DNA of 64,000 nucleotides from an uncultured Methanomassiliicoccales archaeon (GTDB lineage: Archaea; Thermoplasmatota; Thermoplasmata; Methanomassiliicoccales; UBA472). Below, piece by piece: positions 27,590 to 37,204 of this stretch. The notes beneath the pieces are model-generated. The model was not told the origin of the DNA and did no database searches. It worked only from the letters and a program-made list of their open reading frames with translations. Made by a program: the position numbers and the translations under genes. The DNA is taken from contig OW818644.1 in assembly GCA_942492955.1 (NCBI GenBank), positions 770,327 to 834,326 of the forward strand, written 5' to 3'. Position 1 is the stretch's first letter. Each line of letters begins with the position of its first letter.

Positions 27590-29978
27590 GGAACGTTGCC
27601 GTTCCCATAACGACCAAAATTGACATTATGGCGTAGGCGGTAACCTCCTTTTGAGGCTGATATTCTATTGTTATGTTTGATGAAACATTTTGCAGAGACC
27701 ATCCGTTGAAGAATAGGTTAACGCGGAAGTGCTCCGTCGTCCCACTTTCGCTGGTCATTGTCCAATCTTGATCATACCTTTCGGTGAATACCAGATATCC
27801 TGAACCGTTGTTCAATGATAGCGTGTGCTTCGTCGCCTCATTGTAGGTATCGTTCAAGGTGACTCCGAAATTAGGTTTCCAACTTTCATTACTGAGAATG
27901 TTGTTGTCCTTGTAGACCGCTCCGACATTGAAAGGTAGTTCGTCAATATCGTCCATGGACGATACTTCCACGAATGCAATTCTGGAAACATCATACCAGG
28001 GCTCCCTGGTCAAGTTCTTCACCGCAGACAATCCCCCAACCATAGCCAGAATATGATCTACCTGGAAATAGTGAACGTCCCTCCAGGACGGATTCTCATA
28101 GAGGTGGAGTTGACCGAAGGTGGCAACGTGTTTCATTCCGACATTCAGCAAACCCATTTCGTACATCGTAAAGGTCGCAGTAGAGGCTGCCCACCATGAA
28201 TATTCATAAATGAATGCCCAATTCGCATCTTCGTGGAGCATAACATACCTTACATTCAGTATGGAAAGCATTTTCCCAAGATCGAAATTCAAGGAATCAT
28301 TCACCAACCGAATGGCAATATCCGTTAGCAATACATTGACTGAGCCATATTCGGTGGTCAAGATCACTCTGTCGAAGATGCTCGAACTCGGATCTGCTGC
28401 CCAATAACCATCTTTCCAACTATATGCAGCATAGCCAATCTTGCAAAAGGGAAGGGCCATTACCCTGAAGTCACCAGAGGCATTGTTCAGGTAATTGTTT
28501 GCCTGATCATAGTAATCAGGTACCTGGACCTTTGCTGAGGGGATAACCTCACCACCTGAATAGATAATCTGCCCGGTGAAGTACGGCGTTGCGACCACAG
28601 AAATGGCCAAGATGACTAGGACCATCCAAGCCATGATACCCCACGCTTTTTTCGTAAGATTCTTAGGAAACGTTAGTGGAAATCCGGGCCAGGATACCTT
28701 TCCCGCTAGATTCGCCATGCTATATCCTAGAAACAGCGCATAGCAGAGAGCCAACAAAGGTCCAAAGCGTTGGAATAGGCTACGGAAAGCGTATAGATCT
28801 GGAAATAGATCGAACAGTCCGACTAGAAAATAACCCGTCGGCGGATAGTATCCATTTATCATGATTAAGCAGAGAGCTGTAAAGCCGCCTAACAGGATGA
28901 TGATCGGATTCCTTGGCCGTATCAATAATGCATACAACGCCGTTATCGCTATGATAAGGCATGAGGCGATGAAAACGGCTGATGAGGCCAATTCCCACCA
29001 GGAGAACCAATGGTCACCTTTGTAAGACCCGTACAGGGCCCAATATCCGGTCTGAAGGATTGCTGCATAGATGGGTACAGAATTTGATCTGAGGAGGTCC
29101 GAATTACTTACTCCGACGATGCTAACATCTGCCTTGGCAAACTCCTCGCTGGCGTTTCCAATACTTGGCATGATCCAAAAGAGATTGATCAACAACCATA
29201 ACACGGTCAATGTCACGGCGAACTTGATAACCTGCCCTCTTCGTTTTGACTCTTTTATAACATAAACCAACAAAAGACCGGCGATCAGCAGCCAATCCAT
29301 GGCTGCGTTCAGCGGATTCATGTAGGAGGCCGTGATGAGGAGCGTCCACGCCAGTACAACGGAAAGAACGTAAAGGGACCCCCGCCTGGTTCGGATCCCA
29401 TAGACGACCATGGCAGCGATTAGTGGAATGAAACAGTAAGAGTAATAATTGGAAGCGAATTGGTTCCAAATGAATGTGGACGCGATCGGGGAGAACATAT
29501 AGAGGGCTGCAGCAAAAAAAGCGCCTTTGCGAAACCGTTCACCAAAACCTAGGGCGCGATAGAGCAGGAACATCGACAGACCAGAACCTGAAAGAATAAC
29601 GTAGAATAGCAAGGTCTGTGATGTATGTAGGGAAAAGCCAGCGAATTGCATGAAAACATAGTAGATATTCGTTGGTAGGGTACCTGCGATCGCTCTTGGG
29701 CTGACTAACCCGATCCCTCCATATTGATCCCAGAGATGAAGTGACCGGATCAGCGTCCGTTCTGGAGCGAATGAAAAGCCATAGTCGAAGGTATTAACGA
29801 GTAAGTTCGGCGAATACCATGTGAACACGACCAAACCTGCAGCCATCAGGATGAGAATCTCAAAAAGCTCCAATCTGGTGAAGTTACCCCTGATGAAACG
29901 GATTGCCTTCCATCCGCTGACATTTGAAAAAGGCACCCGATTAATTAACTCCTCTATCCGGCCCATCGTTCCCTCCAT
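27546..29978 (-). CDS. large polytopic membrane protein, candidate GT-C-fold glycosyltransferase (YfhO/AftD-like architecture)
   Basis: 810 aa with about 13 predicted TM helices. The first loop carries the acidic motif LHLWDQYGGIG. A soluble domain of about 330 aa follows, then a terminal TM helix AYAIMSILVVMGTATFLTSL. The family assignment is from memory of the architecture, not from a search. Confidence 0.6.
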   Translation of the reverse strand: MEGTMGRIEELINRVPFSNVSGWKAIRFIRGNFTRLELFEILILMAAGLVVFTWYSPNLLVNTFDYGFSFAPERTLIRSLHLWDQYGGIGLVSPRAIAGTLPTNIYYVFMQFAGFSLHTSQTLLFYVILSGSGLSMFLLYRALGFGERFRKGAFFAAALYMFSPIASTFIWNQFASNYYSYCFIPLIAAMVVYGIRTRRGSLYVLSVVLAWTLLITASYMNPLNAAMDWLLIAGLLLVYVIKESKRRGQVIKFAVTLTVLWLLINLFWIMPSIGNASEEFAKADVSIVGVSNSDLLRSNSVPIYAAILQTGYWALYGSYKGDHWFSWWELASSAVFIASCLIIAITALYALLIRPRNPIIILLGGFTALCLIMINGYYPPTGYFLVGLFDLFPDLYAFRSLFQRFGPLLALCYALFLGYSMANLAGKVSWPGFPLTFPKNLTKKAWGIMAWMVLVILAISVVATPYFTGQIIYSGGEVIPSAKVQVPDYYDQANNYLNNASGDFRVMALPFCKIGYAAYSWKDGYWAADPSSSIFDRVILTTEYGSVNVLLTDIAIRLVNDSLNFDLGKMLSILNVRYVMLHEDANWAFIYEYSWWAASTATFTMYEMGLLNVGMKHVATFGQLHLYENPSWRDVHYFQVDHILAMVGGLSAVKNLTREPWYDVSRIAFVEVSSMDDIDELPFNVGAVYKDNNILSNESWKPNFGVTLNDTYNEATKHTLSLNNGSGYLVFTERYDQDWTMTSESGTTEHFRVNLFFNGWSLQNVSSNITIEYQPQKEVTAYAIMSILVVMGTATFLTSLHLLRGSRSKR

Positions 29979-30173
29979 TCATCGGGCCAAGAGCTGCAAC
30001 CGAAAGTCGAATATCGGAATCTCTATCCTGTACTCCCCCTGAGTGATGAGGGATAGATATCGAGCCTATTTACGTTTTTATCATGATGTCTGGTATGAAT
30101 AATTGTCCACTTAAGGTGTTTTGGCTATCGATTTCCTCGAACTCTGTTTCGGATCGATGACGGAGGCTCCATT

Positions 30174-30183
30174 CCCCCCCCCC
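30174..30183. repeat. C10/G10 homopolymer tract in a divergent intergenic region
   Basis: Ten consecutive C residues, counted directly. They lie between the GT-C-like gene start (29978, minus strand) and the flippase start (30436, plus strand). Confidence 0.9.
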
Positions 30184-30435
30184 GAACGATAGCGGATCGA
30201 TCTAATCCCTCGAGGTTGTCCGCCCCCACTGTAATTCCTGGACGAATTCCTGAAGTATCACACCACATCTAGGATTGATGAAGGAGGAAATATTCGGTTT
30301 TGAAGGCTAGCCATTGATTTGATGGAAAATGGTCAGTCTTAAAACCAGCTTGCGGTTGCCATAATAACCTGGCGAAGCTGGAATCTTATTAAATCGAACA
30401 ACAAACTCTAATATGGATTCGATGTTGGAGAAATA

Positions 30436-31689
30436 TTGAGAGACGGCCTTTTCAAATCTGATGGATTGGCGAAACCTGCCCTGCTGATGTTCGTAGCAAC
30501 CGTAATCGCAGGAGGCTGCAATTATGTATATCAGATCATGATGGGGCGATATCTGGGAACCTCGCTTTATTCCGAGCTCTCCGCCATTCTCTCAATATTC
30601 CTGATCGTTTCGATACCAACACAGACGGTCAGCACTATGTTGGTGAGATATGTCTCTAAACTTCGGGCGGAAGGCAAGAATCCGGAAATGGCCTGGCTGA
30701 TAAGGGTTACGATAGGATACCTTACTCTGATAGCCATAATAATGGCCGTCGCGGTCTTCCTCGCAATTCCATTCTTGGTTTCATTCCTAAACCTCAGCTC
30801 TGACACGGCTTTAATGATCCTGGCGGCTGGACTTTTCGTCTCCATGCTCTATCCTATCGGAATAGGCACGGCCCAGGGTTTACAGAGGTTTGGGATGGTG
30901 GGGATTTCTAACATCGTCGGACCCTTGGGCAAACTCATTTTTGGTCTACTTTTTGTGATAATGGGATATAGCGTTGCAGGCGCTTTCGGAGGAGTCATAG
31001 TGGGAAGCGCGGTCGCATTAATAATCATGTTCCTCTCCATCAAGGACATATTCCGAGGCGAGAGACGGTCCTTCGATACGGGCGATCTGCGAAGATATCT
31101 TGTGCCAGTGACGATTGCTGTCCTCTGCTTTACCGTTCTCACCAACATCGATACATTCCTGGCCCGCCATTATCTGAGCGACATCGACGCAAGTCTATAC
31201 TCAGCCGCATCGATGCTCGGCAAGATCATCCTATTCTTGCCAGGAGCGATTAGCGCAGTAATGTTTCCCCGAATCTCGCAGGCTCACGCTCGAGGTGAAG
31301 GTACCTATGCTATTATGCGCAAATCCATAGTCTGGACTTTAGCGATCTCAAGCGCGGTTGCTCTGGTCTATCTGTTTATCCCGGAGTTTGTGGTCGGCCT
31401 TCTTTACGGCTCCGGCTATGTAGCCGCCGCCCCTTCATTGGCAATTCTGGGGATCGCTATGGTCCTCTTCGGATTGGCAACCTTGTTCATGAACTTCGGC
31501 CTCGCGACCGATTCGAATGCCCTCATCGCCATCCTTGCCATTTTCACAATTCTGGAGATAGCGCTCATCGCCATCTGGAATTCTACCCCTCTGGAGATAT
31601 CGTTTGATCTGCTTGTCAGCAGCATAGGGATCTGTGCCTTCAGCTGGATCCATCTAGAGCAGAGGCACCGATCGGGTAGATTGAAATAA
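30436..31689 (+). CDS. Wzx-like polysaccharide/oligosaccharide flippase (MOP superfamily), paralog of 10506-11753
   Basis: 417-aa polytopic protein, collinear with the other flippase. TTG start at 30436. The in-frame TTG at 30466 aligns with the paralog's ATG. Confidence 0.8.
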   Translation: MRDGLFKSDGLAKPALLMFVATVIAGGCNYVYQIMMGRYLGTSLYSELSAILSIFLIVSIPTQTVSTMLVRYVSKLRAEGKNPEMAWLIRVTIGYLTLIAIIMAVAVFLAIPFLVSFLNLSSDTALMILAAGLFVSMLYPIGIGTAQGLQRFGMVGISNIVGPLGKLIFGLLFVIMGYSVAGAFGGVIVGSAVALIIMFLSIKDIFRGERRSFDTGDLRRYLVPVTIAVLCFTVLTNIDTFLARHYLSDIDASLYSAASMLGKIILFLPGAISAVMFPRISQAHARGEGTYAIMRKSIVWTLAISSAVALVYLFIPEFVVGLLYGSGYVAAAPSLAILGIAMVLFGLATLFMNFGLATDSNALIAILAIFTILEIALIAIWNSTPLEISFDLLVSSIGICAFSWIHLEQRHRSGRLK

Positions 31690-31880
31690 TTTGGATACGG
31701 GGCGTGGCTTTAGTCCGAACCAGAAGGGCCCCCATCCACGCGAACATGAGCGACAATAATAATATACTATATATTTAATTCCATTTCACTCATCTGGATT
31801 GAATAGGAACAGTGTACCTCAACCTGTCAAAATTTACCGAAGTCATTAAAACCTTAGTCCAAATTACATATGGATTTGAA

Positions 31881-32771
31881 ATGAAAGGAATAATCCTTGC
31901 TGGTGGAAGCGGTTCCCGATTGTATCCGATGACATCAGCAATCAATAAGCACCTCCTTCCAATCTATAACAAACCTATGGTCTATTATCCACTTTGCACC
32001 CTGATGCTGGCGGATATCCGGGACATTCTTATCATCTCCACACCCGAGGACATAAACAACTTCAGGACCCTGCTCGGCGATGGCAGACGATTTGGTCTTC
32101 GCCTGAGCTATGCGGTACAGCCGTCACCTGACGGACTGGCACAGGCATTCATAATCGGCGCTGATTTCATAGGTTCAGACGATGTGGCGATGATACTTGG
32201 AGACAATATTTTCATCGGACTTCATATCAGGGAGAAATTGATCCAGGCAATTCAAAACGTCCAGCAGGAGAAAGCAACAATCTTCGGCTTCAAGGTTAAT
32301 GACCCTCAGAGATTCGGGGTCATCGAATACGACAACAAGGGCAATGTGATCTCGATAAATGAAAAGCCCAAGAACCCGAAATCGCACTATGCCGCGGCCG
32401 GTCTGTACTTTTATGACAACCACGTCGTGAAATTCGCCAAAAGCGTAAAACCTTCCTGGAGGAACGAGCTGGAGATCACCGATATCAACAACCTTTACCT
32501 GGCGGAAGGAAATCTCGAGGCGATCAGATTGGACCGTGGCTTCACCTGGATGGATGCTGGCACGCCAGATGCGATGATCGAAGCCGGCAAGTATGTCCAA
32601 ACTTTGGAGAGATACCAACACGTCAAGGTTGGTTATCCGGAGGAGATCGCGATAATCAATGGCTGGATCGACCGCAACGACCTGGGGGATTTCCTCACAA
32701 AGTTCTCGAAGACGGATTATGGCAAGTACATTTCCAGCGTACTTGAGGCTGAGGAAGAGAAAAAAGGATGA
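31881..32771 (+). CDS. rfbA: glucose-1-phosphate thymidylyltransferase
   Basis: MKGIILAGGSGSRLYPMTSAINKHLLPIYNKPMVYYPL and SPDGLAQAF are RmlA hallmarks. ATG at 31881 was verified. Confidence 0.95.
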   Translation: MKGIILAGGSGSRLYPMTSAINKHLLPIYNKPMVYYPLCTLMLADIRDILIISTPEDINNFRTLLGDGRRFGLRLSYAVQPSPDGLAQAFIIGADFIGSDDVAMILGDNIFIGLHIREKLIQAIQNVQQEKATIFGFKVNDPQRFGVIEYDNKGNVISINEKPKNPKSHYAAAGLYFYDNHVVKFAKSVKPSWRNELEITDINNLYLAEGNLEAIRLDRGFTWMDAGTPDAMIEAGKYVQTLERYQHVKVGYPEEIAIINGWIDRNDLGDFLTKFSKTDYGKYISSVLEAEEEKKG

Positions 32772-33337
32772 TATCATTGATCAGAAAATCGACTGGATTT
32801 GACGATATAGTGGTCATTGAACCGGATCTGTTCAGGGATAATAGAGGATGGTTCATGGAGAGCTACTCTCTGATCAAAATGAAAGAGATCGGTATCGATG
32901 TTGTGTTTGTCCAGGATAACCATTCATTTTCCTCGAAAAAAGGTGTGATCCGGGGCCTGCATTTCCAAGACAGGCCAATGGAACAGGCGAAATTGGTCAG
33001 ATGCAGCCGGGGTTCCATTCTCGATTTTGCGGTCGACGTGCGGAAGGACTCGCCCAGATATGCACAATGGTTTTGCATCGAACTTTCCTCCGCCAATATG
33101 ATCCAATTATTCATCCCTCATGGCTATGCCCATGGATTTGTCACACTGGAGGACGAGACCGAGGTGCAGTACAAAGTTGATCGCCCTTACTCCAAACCGC
33201 ATGAAAGGACCATCAGGTATGATGACCCAGACATTGCGATAGATTGGAAAACCAAGGACCCGGTGGTCTCTGAAAGGGATTCAAAGGCCCCTTATCTCAG
33301 AAAGGTGGAAAATGGAATGATACTCCACCGGACATAA
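32768..33337 (+). CDS. rfbC: dTDP-4-dehydrorhamnose 3,5-epimerase
   Basis: FRDNRGWFMESY, GVIRGLHFQ, KLVRCSRGSILDFAVDVR and GYAHGF are RmlC cupin motifs. ATGA overlap with the rfbA stop. Confidence 0.9.
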   Translation: MISLIRKSTGFDDIVVIEPDLFRDNRGWFMESYSLIKMKEIGIDVVFVQDNHSFSSKKGVIRGLHFQDRPMEQAKLVRCSRGSILDFAVDVRKDSPRYAQWFCIELSSANMIQLFIPHGYAHGFVTLEDETEVQYKVDRPYSKPHERTIRYDDPDIAIDWKTKDPVVSERDSKAPYLRKVENGMILHRT

Positions 33338-33374
33338 TCACCGAATTTACTGTCGAATAATATAAGAGATGATG

Positions 33375-33410
33375 CCCCAGCAATGCGGGGACGAGCCGAA
33401 CTTTTTTATT
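33375..33410 (+). terminator. short hairpin plus T6 run after rfbC
   Basis: CCCCAGCAATGCGGGG is followed by CTTTTTTATT (T6 at 33402-33407), about 40-70 nt after the rfbC stop and before rfbB. Confidence 0.3.
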
Positions 33411-33529
33411 GATAGACAGGTTGTCACATCCTATCGATGGGAAATCGAGAAAGAATTTCAAATTGGTCTCAAATAATAGAATAGGCACACGGCCGCGTAA
33501 CCATTATTAAAATATTCGGGAAGATTGCG

Positions 33530-34540
33530 ATGAAAATTCTTGTCACAGGCGGGGCCGGTTTTATTGGTTCCAACTTTATTTATCATATGCAGGAGAGGCA
33601 CCAAGGGGTCGAACTTGTTTGCCTCGATTCACTGACCTACGCCGCGAATATTAGGAGCTTGCAGGAAGCGTTCCAGGAGGGGAACTTGGAGTTCAGGGAA
33701 GGAAGCATAACCGACTCGAATGTTGTGAATCAGATCATTCAGACCGGTGATTTCGATGCAGTGGTGAACTTCGCCGCTGAGTCCCATGTGGACCGTTCGA
33801 TATCAAATCCAGATGTATTCGCCATAACTAATATCATTGGCACCCAGGTACTGATGGATGCGTGTCGCAAGAACGACGTGAAAAGATTTCACCAGGTGTC
33901 CACAGACGAGGTCTATGGAGACCTACCGCTCGATGAGCCAGAAATGACCTTTAAGGAGGATTCCCCATTACAGCCATCCAGCCCATATTCGGCGAGCAAA
34001 GCAGGAGCTGACTTATTGGTGATGGCCTACCATCGGACATATGGACTGAGGGCCACGATTTCCCGTTGCTCGAATAATTATGGGCCTTACCAATTCCCCG
34101 AAAAGCTGATACCCAAGACGATCATGCTGGCGAGCCGGAATAGATCCATACCATTATTCGGAAACGGTTTGAACGTGAGGGATTGGCTGCATGCTAGCGA
34201 TCATTGTAACGCAATAGACCTTATCGTTTCCAAAGGAAGATCTGGCGAGATATACAATGTTGGGAGCGGTATTGAACGCAGGAATATCGACGTGGTCCGC
34301 CTAATCCTCAGGGAGATGGGGAAGGATGAAGGAATGATCGAGTTCGTAAAGGACCGGCCCGGTCACGATTTGCGATATTCTGTTGACGCGGGAAAGATCA
34401 GAAAGGAACTTGGATGGGAACCCCGATATGATTTTGAAAGTGGTATCAGGGAGACCGTGGCCTGGTACTTAAAGAACCTTGACTGGATCAGCAACATCGA
34501 ATCGGGCGAGTACGGAATTAGCAATCACACGTTCAAATGA
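33530..34540 (+). CDS. rfbB: dTDP-glucose 4,6-dehydratase
   Basis: [47 protein letters not shown] and [10 protein letters not shown] match RmlB. Confidence 0.95.
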   Translation: MKILVTGGAGFIGSNFIYHMQERHQGVELVCLDSLTYAANIRSLQEAFQEGNLEFREGSITDSNVVNQIIQTGDFDAVVNFAAESHVDRSISNPDVFAITNIIGTQVLMDACRKNDVKRFHQVSTDEVYGDLPLDEPEMTFKEDSPLQPSSPYSASKAGADLLVMAYHRTYGLRATISRCSNNYGPYQFPEKLIPKTIMLASRNRSIPLFGNGLNVRDWLHASDHCNAIDLIVSKGRSGEIYNVGSGIERRNIDVVRLILREMGKDEGMIEFVKDRPGHDLRYSVDAGKIRKELGWEPRYDFESGIRETVAWYLKNLDWISNIESGEYGISNHTFK

Positions 34541-34646
34541 TGCGCATGATCAGTCAAGAATGCCAGAAAAAGTGCGCATCAGGGCATATGCCTTATTACA
34601 CAGTAATTCCGATATGCCCGTGCCTTGGTACCGAACCGAGCCTTCA

Positions 34647-35516
34647 ATGTCTAAAGGGATCATCATGGAGAACGACAATATCGAACTGCGCACCGTCAAG
34701 GAAGAGGACGTAAAAGTGCTTAAGAGCCTGGCCAAAATAAAACATAAGATCGTCGTCATGAGCGGAAAGGGGGGCGTAGGCAAGTCCACCGTGACCGTGA
34801 ACCTGGCCATGGCGTTGGCCATGCGCGGCTATGAGGTCGGCATCCTGGATGCCGATATCCATGGCCCGAACATCCCGAAGATGTTGAACATCGAGGATGC
34901 CCAGATCCAGGGAGATCAGGAAGGGCTCTACCCGATCGATGTGCCTCCGCATGTGAAGGTCATGTCGATGGCCTTCCTGCTCCAGGATAGGGACTCCCCC
35001 ATCGTATGGAGGGGGCCGATGAAGATGGGCGCCATCAGACAGTTCGTGGCCGACGTGAAATGGGGCGAGCTTGACTTCCTCATCGTTGACCTGCCACCAG
35101 GAACCGGTGATGAGCCCTTGACCGTCGCTCAATTGATGCCTGAGGCGGATGGAGCGGTGATCGTGACGACACCTCAGGATGTGGCACTTCTCGACTCACG
35201 AAAATCCGTGACGTTCGCGAAAGCCCTCAAGCTGCCGGTCTTGGGCATCGTCGAGAACATGAGCGGCCTCATCTGCCCACATTGTGGCAAGGAGATCGAC
35301 CTGTTCAAGATGGGAGGCGGGGAGAAGGCCGCTAACGAGATGGGAGTGCCGTTCCTGGGACGGATACCGATCGACCCGAGCGTAGTAGACAGCGGAGATT
35401 CCGGAAAACCGATCGTGATCTCCAACCGGGACTCGCTCGCGACGAAGGCCTTCGATGAGATCGTGGACAAGATAGTGGCGATCTCCAGGGAGAATGAACA
35501 GAAGAGGATGAAGTGA
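34647..35516 (+). CDS. Mrp/ApbC/NBP35-family Fe-S cluster carrier ATPase
   Basis: Deviant Walker [23 protein letters not shown] and CPHCG match the Mrp/NBP35 family. ATG at 34647 was verified. The ORF-track start at 34479 overlaps rfbB. Confidence 0.9.
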   Translation: MSKGIIMENDNIELRTVKEEDVKVLKSLAKIKHKIVVMSGKGGVGKSTVTVNLAMALAMRGYEVGILDADIHGPNIPKMLNIEDAQIQGDQEGLYPIDVPPHVKVMSMAFLLQDRDSPIVWRGPMKMGAIRQFVADVKWGELDFLIVDLPPGTGDEPLTVAQLMPEADGAVIVTTPQDVALLDSRKSVTFAKALKLPVLGIVENMSGLICPHCGKEIDLFKMGGGEKAANEMGVPFLGRIPIDPSVVDSGDSGKPIVISNRDSLATKAFDEIVDKIVAISRENEQKRMK

Positions 35517-35520
35517 AGAG

Positions 35521-35850
35521 ATGAAGATCTGCGTTACAGCCTCTGAAGGGAACCTAGATGCCGAGGTGGAGGAAGAGTTCGGGCATTCCCCCCTTTTTGT
35601 CTGTGTCGACCCAGAAACGATGAAGTTCACCGTTCATGACAATGTCCTACAGGACACCGACATAGGATATGGCATCCAGACCGCCGAGAATCTCATCAAG
35701 CTAGGCGCCGATGTGGTGATCACCGGTTTCATCGGACCGCATGGGATCAAGAAGCTTTCCTCCAACAGCATCAAGGTGGTGGCCGACGAGGAGGGGACGG
35801 TTCGGGAGGCCATCGAGCGTTACAACAGAAGGCACCCGAAGACGCCTTGA
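35521..35850 (+). CDS. NifB/NifX/NifY-like (dinitrogenase Fe-Mo cofactor biosynthesis domain) protein
   Basis: 109 aa. MKICVTASEGNLDAEVEEEFGHSPLFVCVD...GADVVITGFIGPHGIKKL is typical of the small NifX_NifB-family proteins often paired with Mrp in archaea. Confidence 0.75.
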   Translation: MKICVTASEGNLDAEVEEEFGHSPLFVCVDPETMKFTVHDNVLQDTDIGYGIQTAENLIKLGADVVITGFIGPHGIKKLSSNSIKVVADEEGTVREAIERYNRRHPKTP

Positions 35851-36474
35851 TCTGTCTGGCCCTGAAACGGTGACCTATCTGGCGGATAACACCGCCGTAT
35901 CTTTTTCTGGTTGAGGATCAGACAGTTCCTCATTTCCTTTGCTCAGACTGGCTAGTGATCCTAGGTTTCACGTGTAAGCGGGGTCCTCAGATATTCGACG
36001 AAATTCGTTCTTCGACAGCCGTCGTCATGAAGGCCGTTTGGAAACCGATTGTTAGGAATAACTGGCACAAAAATGTCTAGAGTTAAATAGTATGAGAACG
36101 AATCTTTCCAATGGAAATAGGGTCGACGTTTAACGATGCTTAGACACGTCTATTGTTCATTAATTATAGTTTTAAGTATCATTGCTACGAATATCGTGGT
36201 TATCATTGAAATAATCGACAATTATCGTAGTGTAGCTGAATAAGATTTAAGTATCCAACTTCGAAATTGTGCTGACCATGCGGGAACCATTCCCCAGACC
36301 GGATCGAAGAAGAAAAAGGCGATTCCTCGCCGACGCCAACCATCCGCCCGCATGCGGAAGGATTGACAGGGCGAGACGGATCCCGGAGCTGCCAACAAGC
36401 TCGGCGCAAAGGGATACCGTCGTTTGGATAGAAGGACGGGCAGGTCACGGACCGAACGGCAGGAGGATGCAGCA

Positions 36475-37200
36475 ATGACCGAGCATATCCTATTGCCGAC
36501 CGACAGTTCAATGCCAGCGCTCGTGGCCACCGTCAAGGCGGTTCAGATGGCCAAGGCAAACGATTCTACCCTAGTGGTGCTCAACGTCATCGAACAGACA
36601 CCAACAGTGGAGATCGAGCGTATGGCAGAGGACAAGGCATTGAGGCGGTGTCCATTCTGCGATGGTATTGCCTTCGCCAAGGACCAGGCAGAGAAGTTCA
36701 AGGTCCCGTTCATCGTGATCACCCGAGAAGGTGCGGTCACCGGGGAGATATTGAAGGCGGCGGAAGAGTACAAGGTCACGACAATAGTCATGGGAACGTC
36801 GAGCCCTTCGGGTCTAAGCGCGTTATACCTTGGGGACGTGGCTGCGGCCGTGAGCAAGCATGCGAAGTGCTCGGTCGTCATAGTCAAACCCACCGAAGCG
36901 GAGGCGAAATCTGTCCTGGAGATCGTGAACCGCATCAATGGAAGAGCTAAGGGAGCGGTCCAAACGGTGGACAGCATCATCCATACCAAGCAATTCATGG
37001 TCGGCTTCTGGCTCTTCATCATATTCAGCGTCATATACCTGGTGTTCACGCTGCTGGGCACGTATGGCAGGAGCATCATGGGAGAGCGCGCGCTTGGCGT
37101 GAACGTCGGGATCGTCTTCGGCGTCTTCGTCATCCTGCTCGCGATCATCATGGCCCTTGTGTTCAACTGGTACGCCGGAATGAAGGAAGCGGAGGGATAA
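36475..37200 (+). CDS. universal stress protein domain fused to a DUF485 (YjcH-like) two-TM domain
   Basis: The USP part reads ILLPTDSSMPA...TLVVLNVIE...TTIVMGTSSPSGLSALYLGDVAAAVSKHAKCSVVIVK. The C-terminal ~75 aa have two TM helices ending NWYAGMKEAE, like YjcH proteins that precede actP. ATG at 36475 was verified 9 nt after AGGAGG. Confidence 0.75.
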   Translation: MTEHILLPTDSSMPALVATVKAVQMAKANDSTLVVLNVIEQTPTVEIERMAEDKALRRCPFCDGIAFAKDQAEKFKVPFIVITREGAVTGEILKAAEEYKVTTIVMGTSSPSGLSALYLGDVAAAVSKHAKCSVVIVKPTEAEAKSVLEIVNRINGRAKGAVQTVDSIIHTKQFMVGFWLFIIFSVIYLVFTLLGTYGRSIMGERALGVNVGIVFGVFVILLAIIMALVFNWYAGMKEAEG

Positions 37201-37204
37201 GAAA

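Noticed and set aside
18331-29978. Whether either giant membrane protein is the archaeal oligosaccharyltransferase AglB/STT3.
   Set aside because: Neither translation contains the WWDYG catalytic motif or the DK/MI motif context that I would expect for AglB. They are called only as generic GT-C-like candidates.
36269-36478. 69-aa Arg-rich uORF ending in an ATGA overlap with the USP-fusion start.
   Set aside because: It is not called as a CDS. The composition (RRRKRR, PRPDRR) looks like a GC-rich artefact. The ORF-track alternative (36424 start) is simply an N-terminal extension of the downstream gene. It is retained only as part of the leader finding.
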